Shown: one piece after another, positions 45,896 to 57,637 of the stretch
How the letters are laid out: the number at the start of each line of letters is the position of its first letter
Numbering within the stretch: position 1 is the first letter of the stretch
IMG/VR virus record: IMGVR_UViG_3300005077_000010
Location: 27,660 to 91,659 of that record
Reading direction: 5' to 3' (one strand)
Length of the DNA: 64,000 nucleotides
Source of the DNA: a virus
Made by a program: the position numbers and the translations under genes
The notes under the pieces: generated by a model
What the model was told of the DNA's origin: nothing
Seen by the model: only the letters and a program-made list of their open reading frames with translations
The model's database searches: none

Positions 45896-48800
45896 ATGAG
45901 TAATTCTACCAATGTTGGGCAAATATATCTAGAAATGAATATGGGGCTAGAAAAGTTTTATGCCCGTATAAAAGAAGCTGAACGTGCATTAGCATCAATG
46001 ATAGAAAAAGTTGAAAACACACAAGTTAGTATGCAAATCGATGATCCTAAATTGCAAGAAAGTTTAGGAAAATTAAAGTCATTTTTAACGGTATCTAATG
46101 AAATATTTGCTAAAGCGACTAAAGTAATAGAAACATACCAACAAAAATCTGGTAGTGCAGCAGAAAGTACAAAAAAGGTTATTCAAGTTTTTGATCAATA
46201 CCACAAAAGTTTAAATAGTACCTTAAAAGGTTTATCATCAGTAAAAGAAAAAGTTGCGACTCATTATTCTGAAGTAGAAGCAGTAATGAAGGGCAATGTT
46301 AAAGATAGAGCTAGTATGACACTTTTACCATCAATGCCCACTCCGTTACTGCGACAAGGGGCGGATGAAGAAAAAATAGCGTTAATAGGACTAGAAACTA
46401 GGTTAAAAGCATATATTAAGCTAATAACTCAAGGAACACAAGAAGAAAAATCGGCATTTCAACAAAGAAAAACAGGATTAGAAACATCAATAAGAGTACT
46501 TACTAATTTAATTGGTACGTATGAAAATTTACAAGCAGTTATAAGTAGTGTTGGCGGAGCTAAATTTGATAGATTAATAAGTGTTCCTGGCATCTCAGAT
46601 GTAATAACGCCTATAAAACAAATGTCTGAATATTTAAGTGGCACATTAAGTAGGTCTATTGCTGGAATAGATGAGTTATTAACCGCTACATTTAACAATC
46701 CTCATGCGCTCACGGCGGAATCATTAGACTATTTCAATCAGCAATTACTAAAAACATACAGCTTATCTGCCAGAGTTGAAGGTATAATGGGGGCTATAAA
46801 CTCCATAGTACAAAAGTCTAACGCTATATTAACAGCATCTGGAGATAGTTGGTCACGTATAGGAAAAGAAGCTAATGCTGTCAGGTTTACAAAGATTACA
46901 AAAGAATTACAAGATGCAAATACTAAAATGCAGGAGTTATCTACAGTAGGACTAGGAAGTGACCAGAGTTTTTCAATATTAGGGCAATTAGAAAAATCAC
47001 TACATACGGCTCAAACAAGATTATCTAAAACATTCGGCACACCTATTAATCAATCATTTGAGCAAGCTATATTTTACTCAGAAAGTCTTAAAAAAACATT
47101 AGATTCTCTACAAGTCACAAGAGGAAAAAAGGATGTTAGCGAACTTACCAGTAATTTAAAAGCGACACTTAAAAATATAGAAGCTATTGAACGCCAAGCA
47201 ACAGATTTAAATTTAAGAGAGCTTGCTGGTGGATCAGAAACTGCGGCAAATGCAATAAAAGAAGTAAGAAATAGTTTAGAAGACGCAACAAGAGCAACAA
47301 CAGTAGTAAAAGAAAAAATTATGAGTTTAGGTGAAGCAATGAAACAAACGGCAGAAATATTTGGTAAGCCGTTTGTTAAAGCTGCTATGGATCAAAACAC
47401 CAAATCTATTGAAGCTACTTATATGGCATTAAGTAATTTAGATAAAATAAGAGGACAAAGCGATTTAAAAGCGAAAATTTTAAAAACTACTGACTTGGAT
47501 AAAAAAAGTTTTGCGCGAACCACTCTAGAATATGAAGGATTAGACCAATCTCTTTTAAAAGTTGCGTCTTCATTTACTAAATTAGCTAAAACGGGAAGAG
47601 AAACAGTATTTGATGTACTAGGCCCAGGATCAAGTGGTAAAGTAGCTGATTTAGTAAACCAATTAAAAATTCTAGGCTATAGTTTTGGAGATACATTTAA
47701 ATTAGGTACAACATACGCTATGGATTTTGCGTCACAACTTAGATGGATGCAAGCGGATATTGTTAATACAATAAACACCTCCAAAGAATATCAAGAATTA
47801 GTAAGTTCATTTGGGGCAACAGGGGCGCGACTATTAATTAAAAAAAGTGATACAGATACAGCAAGAAAAGGACTATTAGATTTACAAAATAAATTTACAG
47901 ACTTTTTAAATAGTATGGACGCACATGTAACAGTTAAAGGCCACACAATTACAACAAAATTAAGAGATATATTCGCTAAATCTGCACAAGAAGCAAACCC
48001 AAGGGCAATAAGTTCAGAAAAAATAGCACAAGATATCTCAAAAAGTGTTTTAGATTTCGCCTCTCCACTAAAAGAAGCGGAAAATACTGTAATACGAATA
48101 CAACGTGCATTTGTTCAATTAGTTAAAGAATCGTCAGGAAAAAATACATTCGCGGCAAAAGCAGAAGAAGTTAAAGTATTTCAAGATTCTTTAATTAATT
48201 TACAAAATGCTATTAATATGTTATATAAAACGCTTACACAGGCTGAAGGTGATGAGTTACAACAGCTATTAGTATTTAAAGATTCTGGCGTAGCAGAAAA
48301 AGCCATTTTAGATATTTATAATCTTACTGAATCAATAGGAAAATTATTTACAACAAAAGAAGGATTAAAAGATTTTGAAGCCGCTTGGCAATCCGGCGCT
48401 ATTATCCATATGATAAATGGGGTAGCTCAAGGTATACAAGAATTATCAGGGGTAACAAAAACCAAAACAAAAGACATGACGGCTGACGTTGAAGAATTTG
48501 TTAGCATAATCCGTTCGGTATTAGGAACTTTAAAGACTGAATGGGAGGAAATGGCGGCACTACAGCAGGTAACAAAATTTAGTTTTGGACAATTTGAAGA
48601 GTTTTATAAGACTAGTGCTTTAATAGACGGGAATACACAAAAAATTAAAGAAAATGTAGAAATGTGGGAAAGATATAACCAAGAATTATTAAATCTTAAA
48701 ACACAACCTGTAGAACAATTTATAAGTAATATGGGAAATAAAGCGCATACAACCGCATTACAAGTAGAAGAATTTGCTAGTAAATTGGCGTCTGTAGAAG

Positions 48801-51800
48801 AGTTGCAAAGTAAATTTGTTGCTGCTGGAGGTAGGGGCGTTGCAGGAAAAACAGCCCCTATGGAATTATACCAAGTTAGATACGCCGCACTACTAAAAGA
48901 TAGAATAAAAGCTACAAAAGAAACAGTAGATCGTGAGTATGAAAGTTATCACCGAAACGCCATAAAATTACAACAACTAGATAAGGGGACCGCAGAACAA
49001 CGAGAAGAATATTTACGTAAACAATTAGCAAGATTAATTGATGAACAAAATAAATACGGTGTGTCAGTAAAAAATATGACTGACCAATTAAGAGTATGGG
49101 AAAATATTCAAAGAGAGGTCGGGACATTAACAGCGGAAGAAACAAAAGGAATTGAAAAACTTAAAACGTCAATAGCGCAATTAGGAATAACTTTTAAAAC
49201 ATCAGCAGAGTTACAGACGCAGTTAAGTAAAGGATCAGCAGCGCCAGAGGCGATGGGATTAGCTTATACAGCAGCGACTAATAGGCTATCAACATATAAA
49301 AATACATTAGAGAGTTTAATAAATACAACAGCACAGTATTTAGGAACTAAAGCGGAAGTTACAGAAGTAGAAAAGAAATATGTACAACAGCAAACTAAGG
49401 TTGAACAAAAGTTAAATAATCAAATACAGTTATATAATACTTTAACAGAAGTAGAACAATTAGTAGGAAAAAGAACATCCGTAGTTAAAGAAGACCCTAA
49501 CACACAAAAGACAACAGAAGATTATAATATATTAGAGCAAGCGGTTAATGGGGTTAATAAGCAGTTAGAAATTCTTAAAAGTTCTACACGAATTAAATTA
49601 GATCCTGGTAATTTAAAAGATTTAATAACCCAATTAAATACTATTAAAAGCCGCTTATCTTCAAGTATGCAAAAAACTGTAGACGGGCTTACTGAAAAAT
49701 TTGGTAGTTTTAAAATAGACTTTACAGTTGAATCTCATAATGCTAAAGCTAATCAAGAATTAAAACAATCTACAGAACAACTTAAAACATTAGGACAAAT
49801 AGAACAACAAGATATACGTAATAAAGAAATACGTATACAAAGAATTCAAGCTCTTCAAAATGCTTATAAACATTTAGCTTTTCCTCAAGAACAATTAAAA
49901 GTATTTTTGCAAGACGAAATAGCTATTCAAGAAAAAAGATTACAGCAAATGAAAACAGAAAATACTCTACGAGGAGGAGGTATAGTATCAGCATTAGAGG
50001 AAAAACAAGCGCAAGTAGAATTAAATGACACAAAACTCTTATATAATGATGTTCTTAATGCTTCAGAACAAGGTACACGAAGTTATTTAAAAGCACAAAA
50101 AGAAGCAAGTGAATATTCTGAAAAATTAAATAACCAAGCAAAAGAAGCTACAGGACGTTATCGTGGAGTGCAAAAAGCATTACAAAGTATTTTCTCTGAT
50201 ATTAGAAACTTAATTCAAATCCAAATTAGATGGTATACTACCCAAGCTCTTATCTTTAAGTCATTAGAAGCATTTAAAGGGCTATTTACGTTTTATGAAA
50301 CAGTAGAAACTCAAGTTGCCAAAGTAACAACCGCTCTATTAGCTCAAGCAGATGCAACAAAAACCGCAGGAGAAGTACATAAAGTTTTAACTTCTGAAAT
50401 GATAAGAACAGGAAAGTCTGCTGAAGATTTGGCTACTATCATGTGGGAATTAGTATCCGCAGGTTTAAGTCATAAAGAAGCTATGGCTGGAGTTTCACAC
50501 ATCACTAATTTAGCAGTTGGTTCAGAACTAGATCTAAATGAAACTGTACGTATTACTGCCGGTTTATTTAGAATTTTTGGGGATGAATTAGACGTTGTAG
50601 GGGGCGCAACAGCAAAATGGAAATATATTGTTGACAGTTTATCCGCAACTTTAAATATTTCACAAGTAGATATGAACGGATTAATTGCTGGATTAGGATA
50701 CTTAGTAAATGAAACAGATGCGGCAGGTATAAAATTTGAAGAAATGTTAGGTATTTTGTCTGTATTAAATAACCGCTTATTATTAGGCTCAAAAGCTGGA
50801 AGGTCGGCTTCTCGTGTAATTACTCAATTAACTTCTAACGCTAAAGAATTAGTAAAAACTTTTGGATTAGAAATTGATTATACTAAACCTCTTGATATGT
50901 TAGACGTACTTACAAAATTAAATAAAGTACTAAAAGATAATACGGTAAATGGCGAAGTAACCGTAGAAACATTTGATAAACTCCAATCTATATTTGGACA
51001 GGTAGGAAAACGTGCCGCTATTGGACTAATTACTAATTTAGAGGAGCTAGAACACACAATACATAGACTGCGTTCTGGAGAATTTGAGGGACTTACTGAA
51101 CGCATGGCCGAAGTAAAATTAGAGCCTTTGGCAGTACAAGTAAGCAAGTTTACAGCGGCGTTAAAAACTCTTAGTGTAGCAGCTATTGAACCATTTGCGA
51201 TATCACTACAAAAAATATTAAGTCTGTTTAATGAATTAGTACAAATGATGGTTAACCTTCCAAGTTTTATAAAACAAATAGGATCATTAGGACTAGGGTT
51301 TGTTGGAGTATTAACAGGAGTACACGCTCTTGTATTAGGATTAAGAGCATTAAAAATCGGAGCAGCTGTAGGGACATTCGACGCTATAGGACGATTAACA
51401 GTTAGATTAATAGGATTATCTTCGGCTTCTAAGGTAGCAGGGACGGCGTTATCACTAAATCTTGTAGGTCGTTTAAAAAATTATATAACGGCGGCTAAAG
51501 CCGCTGCAACAGCAACAACAACGTGGGGGATCGCGCAAGCGTCACATATAGGAGGGATGGCAGCGCTAGGAGGAGTAGTTACTATAGTCATAGCAGCAAT
51601 CGTAGGATTAATAGTTATATTAAACAAATATTCACATAGACTAGAAAATACAACGGCAAAACTTAAAGAATTAAGAGACACTTATGCAGACACAATACAA
51701 AATATAGAAGTTGAAACTAATACGTTTTCTTCTTTGATTGATAAATACAAAGAAGCTACACCATACACAAATGAGTGGTTAAATATAAGAAATCAACTTT

Positions 51801-54800
51801 TATCAAAATACCCTGGTTTTCTTCACCAATTAGAAGCTGAATTAATGCTTACAGGAAAAACAACAAATACAATAAAAGATTTTGTAGCGGAAAAAGAAAG
51901 ACAAGCGCGAGTAGAAGCTCAACTTAATGATATCCATGCCGCCGCCGAAAAGCAATCAAAGCTAACAGAAGATAGGTTAGAAGGTTTAACAAATAGAGTA
52001 CAAAGATACAAATTATCAATCGCGGAAATGGGGGAAAAAACACAAGAGGCATTTAGATTGGCATCTGTTGGAGCACAGTATGTCGGCCAAGGTGCGGGCG
52101 GAGCAGGAATAGGATTAGCGGCATTAGGATTAGGAACAAGAATACCAACAAAAAAATCTATACAGGCCGAATTAAAATCTTCAGAAAAAGTAATTTTTGA
52201 TTATTTAGATACATATAAAAATGTATTTGGTAAACAACTACCGGAAGCTATTTTACCTTTTGCTTTATCAATAATGTCTATTAAATCGCCATTAGAAACA
52301 ATATTTACATTAACAGAGTCATTAAATAAAGTAAAAGGCAAAGGAATGGAAGTTACAACAGCGTTTGAGCAAGCATTTAATTCTCTAGATGAAAGTATTA
52401 AAAAGAATTTAAATACAAAAGTACAAGTTAAAGTCGGAACTACACTTAATAAAGATCAAGTTACTCAACTATATAAAGATTTGCACGCTGTGGTAACCAA
52501 AGTTGCTGGGGACGATATAGGTCAAACCTCTGTAATTAAGCAGTTTCATATTTTAGTAAAACAAATAGGACTTACGTCTAAACAAGAATTTAATAAAGCA
52601 AAAGTATCATTAGAAGATTATCAAGAAACAATGGATGAGTTTGTAACGAATTTTGTAACATCTAACTTTCCTCTTGCTGTTCAGGATATGCTAAAAAATA
52701 ATGGATTAGCTTTAAATGATATAGTAAGAGAAGCAATTAAAAATAATGAAGTTCTTATAATGAAAAGCACTCCTTCAACATTAAAAAGTGCATTAGACAA
52801 TATAATAGAAGAAGTTGAAGATAAATTTGACAAGCTAGCTAATGTAACGTTAAAGGCAGGATTTTTAGGTGCATCAAACAGTATAATAGAACAGCTTGCT
52901 AATTTAAATATTGAAGCGCCAGAGCTAATAGAAGAAACAAAAAAGAAAATACAGGCGGAATTAAATGCGTTAGGAGCAGAAGGAAGAAGAGTATTTAGAG
53001 ATCAATTAGGAACAGAGGGTGTAGAAGCATTAGATAGATTAATGACAACTACAGGATTAGCGCGTTATAATTTACAAGTACTCAGAGATACGTTTATTGA
53101 TGTCAGAAATGCGGCAGAAATCGCATCACCGGCATTAAAAAACGCGTTTGCGGATGCTTTAGATCCAGTAAAACAAATGAATAATGCCACTAGCCAATTA
53201 ATTGTAGCAATGGGACAGTTGGTTGGCGAAACTAGACCAGCAATGACGCGGTATTTAGAAACAAATAAGTATATTATAAATGAAGCTCTTAGATATTTAC
53301 CAGTAGAAGCACAAAAAATACTAAGTACTACTACTACGTTAGAGCAAGCTGAATTACTAAAAATGGTAAAAGAAACGAAGACAAAAATAAGGGAAGAATT
53401 GTCAGGATTAGGAGGGCAAGTTTCACCAGGGATGTCTGAATCTATAGCATTAAAGCACTATACTGAAATGTACAATAATATTAAATCTTCAGCTAAGGAT
53501 GCTTTTGATACACAAAGACAATTAAGAGAACAATGGAGAAGTGAAACTGTAGCTGCATTAGAAGGAATACACACAGAAGAATCTAGTTTAGTAATCGCTC
53601 AATCAGAATACGCAGAAGAAAAAATTAAAATATTAAGGGATTTTGAGGAAAAGCGTAAGAAGTTAGAACAGGCATATAAGGCAGAAGAAATATTAACATT
53701 TCCTCCTAAGATACTGCAAGATTATACGGCGGCAACTACAACAACTGAAACTTTACAGCGGTCATTTGAAGAATTAACAGATAAAATAAATATGAATAAT
53801 GATGCTTTAATTTCAGTAACAAAAGGTTATGATTTACTAAAAGAAAAATTTACAACTATGGGGCAAGCTAAAATTTTAGTAGAACATAATCTATTTAAAG
53901 ACCACAAAGATGAATTAGAGAGATTTGTAACTGCACGGCCACAAGAAGTTGAAACAACATTTAAAAATATTTTTAATAGTTTATCAAGTAGTCAACAAGT
54001 ATTTTTTAATGAGTCTATAGAAATTATTAAAGCTTATCAAGGGTTAAATAGTCAACAAGCGTTACAATGGATGCAAAATTTAGTAAGTGCTGCGCTAGGA
54101 GGAGATAAAGCAACATTAGATGAAGCTATAAAAGTTTTAGTGGAAAACATCAAACAAGATATAGCAACAACTGAAAGAGTACGTTCGTCTGTATCCAATG
54201 ATATAGTTAATGCACAAGTAGATGCCGCCGCCGCGTATCAAGCTGGAATGGTTAGGGCATCAAAAACGAGTGATGCTTTACAAAATGTTAAAGATGAACT
54301 GAAAAAGGCATCACTACAAATGCAATTACAACTAAATGCTGACGAATATGCCGCACAAAAAAATCATTATAAGCGACTTGAAACTATTAGAGAAACGGAA
54401 TTAAAAGACTTACAATCATATATGTCAACATATCAACATCTTCTAGATCCTACATCTATTCAACAACTATTAGAAAAAGATTTACAAATTAATGCTAAAA
54501 TATTTGAAGAAAAGCGTAAACAGCGAGAAACAGATATAAAATTTACTTCATCTATGTATAATATAAATAAGCAATTAGCTGAAATTGAATTAGCGCGATC
54601 AGAAAGATATGCTTCTACACTTTCACAACAAACGCTAGAGCAAATAAATAAAATTGATCAACAGCTGAAAGAACTTGAGGAAAGAAGGGAAAATGCAACA
54701 GCGCAAGCACTAGCTAAAGTGACTACAACGACTCCGCTAATGGGTAAAGGATGGCACCTATTTGGATTTGGGGAAGAAGATACAACAATTGAGCAAAGAG

Positions 54801-56944
54801 TCGCAACAGAGAAAGAGAAAATTATTGACGCACTTAATATCACGAAGGCTGATTTACTTAATAAAAGAATGGAGATAGTAAACGAAGAGCGAAAAGCAAA
54901 TGAAACTTTAATAACCCGGCAAAAACTTTCAAATGAAAAGATGCACGAAGAATTTTCGTCATCTGTAAATACGTTCACAAAAGATCTTGCTAAATTAACA
55001 CAACAAGAAATTGAAATGCTTACTAATCATGTTAGCACAGGGTTTAAAACACTAAGAGAAGAAATGACACAAGAATTATCCCAGATATTTGGTAGTTTAA
55101 ATACTGTACAGCTTAATTTAAATTTAAACGAACTTGGGGGATTAGAAGTATGGAAAGAAGAAACTAAAACGCGTTTAACTAATTATGCAAACGAAATAAC
55201 AAATAGATTTTATAATGTTTTAGGTGAAGGACTTAGCTACGGGATGACTAATACACAGATAAATGAAGCGGCAATTAATTTTGAAAACCAACTAACTGCC
55301 ATGTATACTGAATCTTTTACGCATCTTGAGAATAGTGCTGATGAGGAGAGGGAAAAAGCACAAGAGAAGTTACAGCTACTAACCAAGGCTACAATGGCGA
55401 TAAATCCACAAGAATTGAATCAAGCGGTATTACAAAATTTAAAAATAGACATACAGGATGTATATAATTTAGAAAGTAAGCTAGTTACGTCATATAAAGA
55501 GCAGAAAGAGGAAATAAGACAAGTAATTCAGGCTAATTTAGAACGGATACGCACAAGTAAAGAAGCCTATGAAATTGCACTACGGTCCCAACAGAATGAA
55601 ATTGCCAATTATAATAAATTAATAGCCGTAGTACAAAAGGAATCACCAAAAGCGTCAAAAGACATTATTCAGCAATACGTAACAGCAAAAGTAGCATTAG
55701 AAAGAGCACATAGTAAATTATCAAGTGCTGAAACAGACGAAGAAAGAGAAAAGCAAACCAAGGTAACTAACGCGATAGCCGATAGAATAAAATCTATGGA
55801 AACTGAATATCACTTAACAGGTATGACAAAGGACGAAGTACATGAGATATATGACGCGTATGTTAGTATAAAAAGAGCAGATGCCGATATTCTTATAAAA
55901 ATGAGGCGTGTTAATGAGGCAACAGAGGAGTTTAAAGATAATTTAGATGAGGCAGCAGAGAGAATCCGTCGTATTGGGTCACCGTTTGAAAAATTTGTAT
56001 TAGGAATGAGAGAATCAGCACAAGAATTAATGCAAACCGCTTTAGATTTAGAGCAGATTGGAAAAGACGTAATATCAGGATTATCTTCCGCATTACAAGA
56101 AGGTTTTAGTAATACAATTAAGGAGTTAGCACTTGCTTTTTCTGGGGCAGCTACAGAAGAAGAAGTAGGATTACAAGAAAACATAATGGAAAAACAAAAA
56201 GAAATTAATGAAATACAACAAAAAATTGCAGATTTAGAATTAGGAGGAGTTGACTACGGGGAAGTAAGTGAATTAGAAAACTTACAAAAACAATTAAAAG
56301 AGGCACAAAAAGAAGCTGCTAAATTTAATCAGGAACTCCGAGTAGCAGGAGATCATAGTAAAAGATTAGCGGAAATATGGAAACAAGTAGGACAAGCTAT
56401 AGTAGACCAATTAATTCAAATAGCAACTCAAATGATGGTAAACGTAGCTATAGGACTAATTTTCAAAGCGATATCAAGTATAGGAGGCACAAGTAGTCCA
56501 GGTGAAGGATTTACAGGAAACTTTTCTGAATTCAGTAAAAATTTTAGATTTAATTTAAACACGCGTGCAAAGGGAGGAGTACTTGAAGGCGGATTTTCTA
56601 ACTTGACAAATAATAAAGAAACGTTTAATATGGTAGAAAAGTTATTTGGGGCTAAGTTATTCTCTTCTGGTGGTATAGCGAATGGCCCTGTTCTAGGAGT
56701 AGTAGGAGAAGGAAGTAGAAGCGAAGCTGTTGTACCTTTACCGGATAATAGAAGTATTCCTGTTACATTTACTGGAGATAAACAAGATTCTGGAGTTAAA
56801 ATTATGAATATTGTTGATCCTATGATGGTTCCTTCTGTATTATTAGAAAATCCTGAAACTGTAATTAATATTATAGGACAAGATATCCAAAAACGCGGAC
56901 CTACTTATCACGCATTTAAAACTATAGCGACGGAGAAAAGATAA
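45896..56944 (+). CDS. Tape measure protein (3682 aa)
   Basis: Long helical protein with an internal TP901-type core (TGKSAEDLA...LVSAGL...GSKAGRS), hydrophobic segments, and C-terminal GGI..GP...VGEG...EAVVPL. Confidence 0.93.
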   Translation: MSNSTNVGQIYLEMNMGLEKFYARIKEAERALASMIEKVENTQVSMQIDDPKLQESLGKLKSFLTVSNEIFAKATKVIETYQQKSGSAAESTKKVIQVFDQYHKSLNSTLKGLSSVKEKVATHYSEVEAVMKGNVKDRASMTLLPSMPTPLLRQGADEEKIALIGLETRLKAYIKLITQGTQEEKSAFQQRKTGLETSIRVLTNLIGTYENLQAVISSVGGAKFDRLISVPGISDVITPIKQMSEYLSGTLSRSIAGIDELLTATFNNPHALTAESLDYFNQQLLKTYSLSARVEGIMGAINSIVQKSNAILTASGDSWSRIGKEANAVRFTKITKELQDANTKMQELSTVGLGSDQSFSILGQLEKSLHTAQTRLSKTFGTPINQSFEQAIFYSESLKKTLDSLQVTRGKKDVSELTSNLKATLKNIEAIERQATDLNLRELAGGSETAANAIKEVRNSLEDATRATTVVKEKIMSLGEAMKQTAEIFGKPFVKAAMDQNTKSIEATYMALSNLDKIRGQSDLKAKILKTTDLDKKSFARTTLEYEGLDQSLLKVASSFTKLAKTGRETVFDVLGPGSSGKVADLVNQLKILGYSFGDTFKLGTTYAMDFASQLRWMQADIVNTINTSKEYQELVSSFGATGARLLIKKSDTDTARKGLLDLQNKFTDFLNSMDAHVTVKGHTITTKLRDIFAKSAQEANPRAISSEKIAQDISKSVLDFASPLKEAENTVIRIQRAFVQLVKESSGKNTFAAKAEEVKVFQDSLINLQNAINMLYKTLTQAEGDELQQLLVFKDSGVAEKAILDIYNLTESIGKLFTTKEGLKDFEAAWQSGAIIHMINGVAQGIQELSGVTKTKTKDMTADVEEFVSIIRSVLGTLKTEWEEMAALQQVTKFSFGQFEEFYKTSALIDGNTQKIKENVEMWERYNQELLNLKTQPVEQFISNMGNKAHTTALQVEEFASKLASVEELQSKFVAAGGRGVAGKTAPMELYQVRYAALLKDRIKATKETVDREYESYHRNAIKLQQLDKGTAEQREEYLRKQLARLIDEQNKYGVSVKNMTDQLRVWENIQREVGTLTAEETKGIEKLKTSIAQLGITFKTSAELQTQLSKGSAAPEAMGLAYTAATNRLSTYKNTLESLINTTAQYLGTKAEVTEVEKKYVQQQTKVEQKLNNQIQLYNTLTEVEQLVGKRTSVVKEDPNTQKTTEDYNILEQAVNGVNKQLEILKSSTRIKLDPGNLKDLITQLNTIKSRLSSSMQKTVDGLTEKFGSFKIDFTVESHNAKANQELKQSTEQLKTLGQIEQQDIRNKEIRIQRIQALQNAYKHLAFPQEQLKVFLQDEIAIQEKRLQQMKTENTLRGGGIVSALEEKQAQVELNDTKLLYNDVLNASEQGTRSYLKAQKEASEYSEKLNNQAKEATGRYRGVQKALQSIFSDIRNLIQIQIRWYTTQALIFKSLEAFKGLFTFYETVETQVAKVTTALLAQADATKTAGEVHKVLTSEMIRTGKSAEDLATIMWELVSAGLSHKEAMAGVSHITNLAVGSELDLNETVRITAGLFRIFGDELDVVGGATAKWKYIVDSLSATLNISQVDMNGLIAGLGYLVNETDAAGIKFEEMLGILSVLNNRLLLGSKAGRSASRVITQLTSNAKELVKTFGLEIDYTKPLDMLDVLTKLNKVLKDNTVNGEVTVETFDKLQSIFGQVGKRAAIGLITNLEELEHTIHRLRSGEFEGLTERMAEVKLEPLAVQVSKFTAALKTLSVAAIEPFAISLQKILSLFNELVQMMVNLPSFIKQIGSLGLGFVGVLTGVHALVLGLRALKIGAAVGTFDAIGRLTVRLIGLSSASKVAGTALSLNLVGRLKNYITAAKAAATATTTWGIAQASHIGGMAALGGVVTIVIAAIVGLIVILNKYSHRLENTTAKLKELRDTYADTIQNIEVETNTFSSLIDKYKEATPYTNEWLNIRNQLLSKYPGFLHQLEAELMLTGKTTNTIKDFVAEKERQARVEAQLNDIHAAAEKQSKLTEDRLEGLTNRVQRYKLSIAEMGEKTQEAFRLASVGAQYVGQGAGGAGIGLAALGLGTRIPTKKSIQAELKSSEKVIFDYLDTYKNVFGKQLPEAILPFALSIMSIKSPLETIFTLTESLNKVKGKGMEVTTAFEQAFNSLDESIKKNLNTKVQVKVGTTLNKDQVTQLYKDLHAVVTKVAGDDIGQTSVIKQFHILVKQIGLTSKQEFNKAKVSLEDYQETMDEFVTNFVTSNFPLAVQDMLKNNGLALNDIVREAIKNNEVLIMKSTPSTLKSALDNIIEEVEDKFDKLANVTLKAGFLGASNSIIEQLANLNIEAPELIEETKKKIQAELNALGAEGRRVFRDQLGTEGVEALDRLMTTTGLARYNLQVLRDTFIDVRNAAEIASPALKNAFADALDPVKQMNNATSQLIVAMGQLVGETRPAMTRYLETNKYIINEALRYLPVEAQKILSTTTTLEQAELLKMVKETKTKIREELSGLGGQVSPGMSESIALKHYTEMYNNIKSSAKDAFDTQRQLREQWRSETVAALEGIHTEESSLVIAQSEYAEEKIKILRDFEEKRKKLEQAYKAEEILTFPPKILQDYTAATTTTETLQRSFEELTDKINMNNDALISVTKGYDLLKEKFTTMGQAKILVEHNLFKDHKDELERFVTARPQEVETTFKNIFNSLSSSQQVFFNESIEIIKAYQGLNSQQALQWMQNLVSAALGGDKATLDEAIKVLVENIKQDIATTERVRSSVSNDIVNAQVDAAAAYQAGMVRASKTSDALQNVKDELKKASLQMQLQLNADEYAAQKNHYKRLETIRETELKDLQSYMSTYQHLLDPTSIQQLLEKDLQINAKIFEEKRKQRETDIKFTSSMYNINKQLAEIELARSERYASTLSQQTLEQINKIDQQLKELEERRENATAQALAKVTTTTPLMGKGWHLFGFGEEDTTIEQRVATEKEKIIDALNITKADLLNKRMEIVNEERKANETLITRQKLSNEKMHEEFSSSVNTFTKDLAKLTQQEIEMLTNHVSTGFKTLREEMTQELSQIFGSLNTVQLNLNLNELGGLEVWKEETKTRLTNYANEITNRFYNVLGEGLSYGMTNTQINEAAINFENQLTAMYTESFTHLENSADEEREKAQEKLQLLTKATMAINPQELNQAVLQNLKIDIQDVYNLESKLVTSYKEQKEEIRQVIQANLERIRTSKEAYEIALRSQQNEIANYNKLIAVVQKESPKASKDIIQQYVTAKVALERAHSKLSSAETDEEREKQTKVTNAIADRIKSMETEYHLTGMTKDEVHEIYDAYVSIKRADADILIKMRRVNEATEEFKDNLDEAAERIRRIGSPFEKFVLGMRESAQELMQTALDLEQIGKDVISGLSSALQEGFSNTIKELALAFSGAATEEEVGLQENIMEKQKEINEIQQKIADLELGGVDYGEVSELENLQKQLKEAQKEAAKFNQELRVAGDHSKRLAEIWKQVGQAIVDQLIQIATQMMVNVAIGLIFKAISSIGGTSSPGEGFTGNFSEFSKNFRFNLNTRAKGGVLEGGFSNLTNNKETFNMVEKLFGAKLFSSGGIANGPVLGVVGEGSRSEAVVPLPDNRSIPVTFTGDKQDSGVKIMNIVDPMMVPSVLLENPETVINIIGQDIQKRGPTYHAFKTIATEKR

Positions 56945-56945
56945 C

Positions 56946-57626
56946 ATGGCATTACAAGTATCTGATATATTTCCTCTTTGTCCTATTCAAGGAACAACTA
57001 ATAATGCTAGGATACTAGAACCCCATAAGTGTAGAAAAGAAGTAGTTTATCCTACACATATGGCAGAATCAATAAGTAGAACAATTTTTAGAAAACGTGT
57101 GGGAAGACCTTACGTAGAAATAGCGTATGACTACGAAAATATAACACAATACGAATATGATTTAATAAATTCGTTTTATAGGCGTATGAAAGGGGCTTAT
57201 GATAGTTTTTATGTGGTTGATTGGTCTACTCCATATAAAATTAAGTCTTTTCCAACTAGTAGCCAAGCTTTACTTTATACTGTAACAGACTTAGATCTTA
57301 CTACAGGATTTGCAGGAAATACCGTTTTATTTTATAATAGTGGGATAGTAGAAGCGCAAAATAAAGAAATTAAATATATTTCTAACATTTCTAGTTACAC
57401 TATAACTTTAAGTACACCTATTTATGCCGGGTTACGAACTACTAGTGCTGTGGTATATTTACTATACCCTTGCATTTTTAAAACAGATAAACTAACTCCG
57501 ACAATTAACGATTTTTGTGTAGAAAAGCAAGCTGTAACAGTAAAAGGTCACGGTACTAGAACTTTATTTGGCCCTATTAGCAATATAACAGTTACATTTA
57601 CTTTATTAGGATCTATTAATGTATAG
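56946..57626 (+). CDS. Distal tail protein (gpM/DUF2460-like)
   Basis: I.SFY.RMKG.YDSF...DW, directly after TMP. Confidence 0.6.
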   Translation: MALQVSDIFPLCPIQGTTNNARILEPHKCRKEVVYPTHMAESISRTIFRKRVGRPYVEIAYDYENITQYEYDLINSFYRRMKGAYDSFYVVDWSTPYKIKSFPTSSQALLYTVTDLDLTTGFAGNTVLFYNSGIVEAQNKEIKYISNISSYTITLSTPIYAGLRTTSAVVYLLYPCIFKTDKLTPTINDFCVEKQAVTVKGHGTRTLFGPISNITVTFTLLGSINV

Positions 57627-57637
57627 GAAACGAAACA

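Noticed and set aside
1174-56184. Many short opposite-strand ORFs in the track (e.g. 9957..10352, 17676..17903, 19532..20056, 32654..33136, 55810..56184)
   Set aside because: They are antisense shadows of well-supported genes, with no RBS or recognisable motifs.
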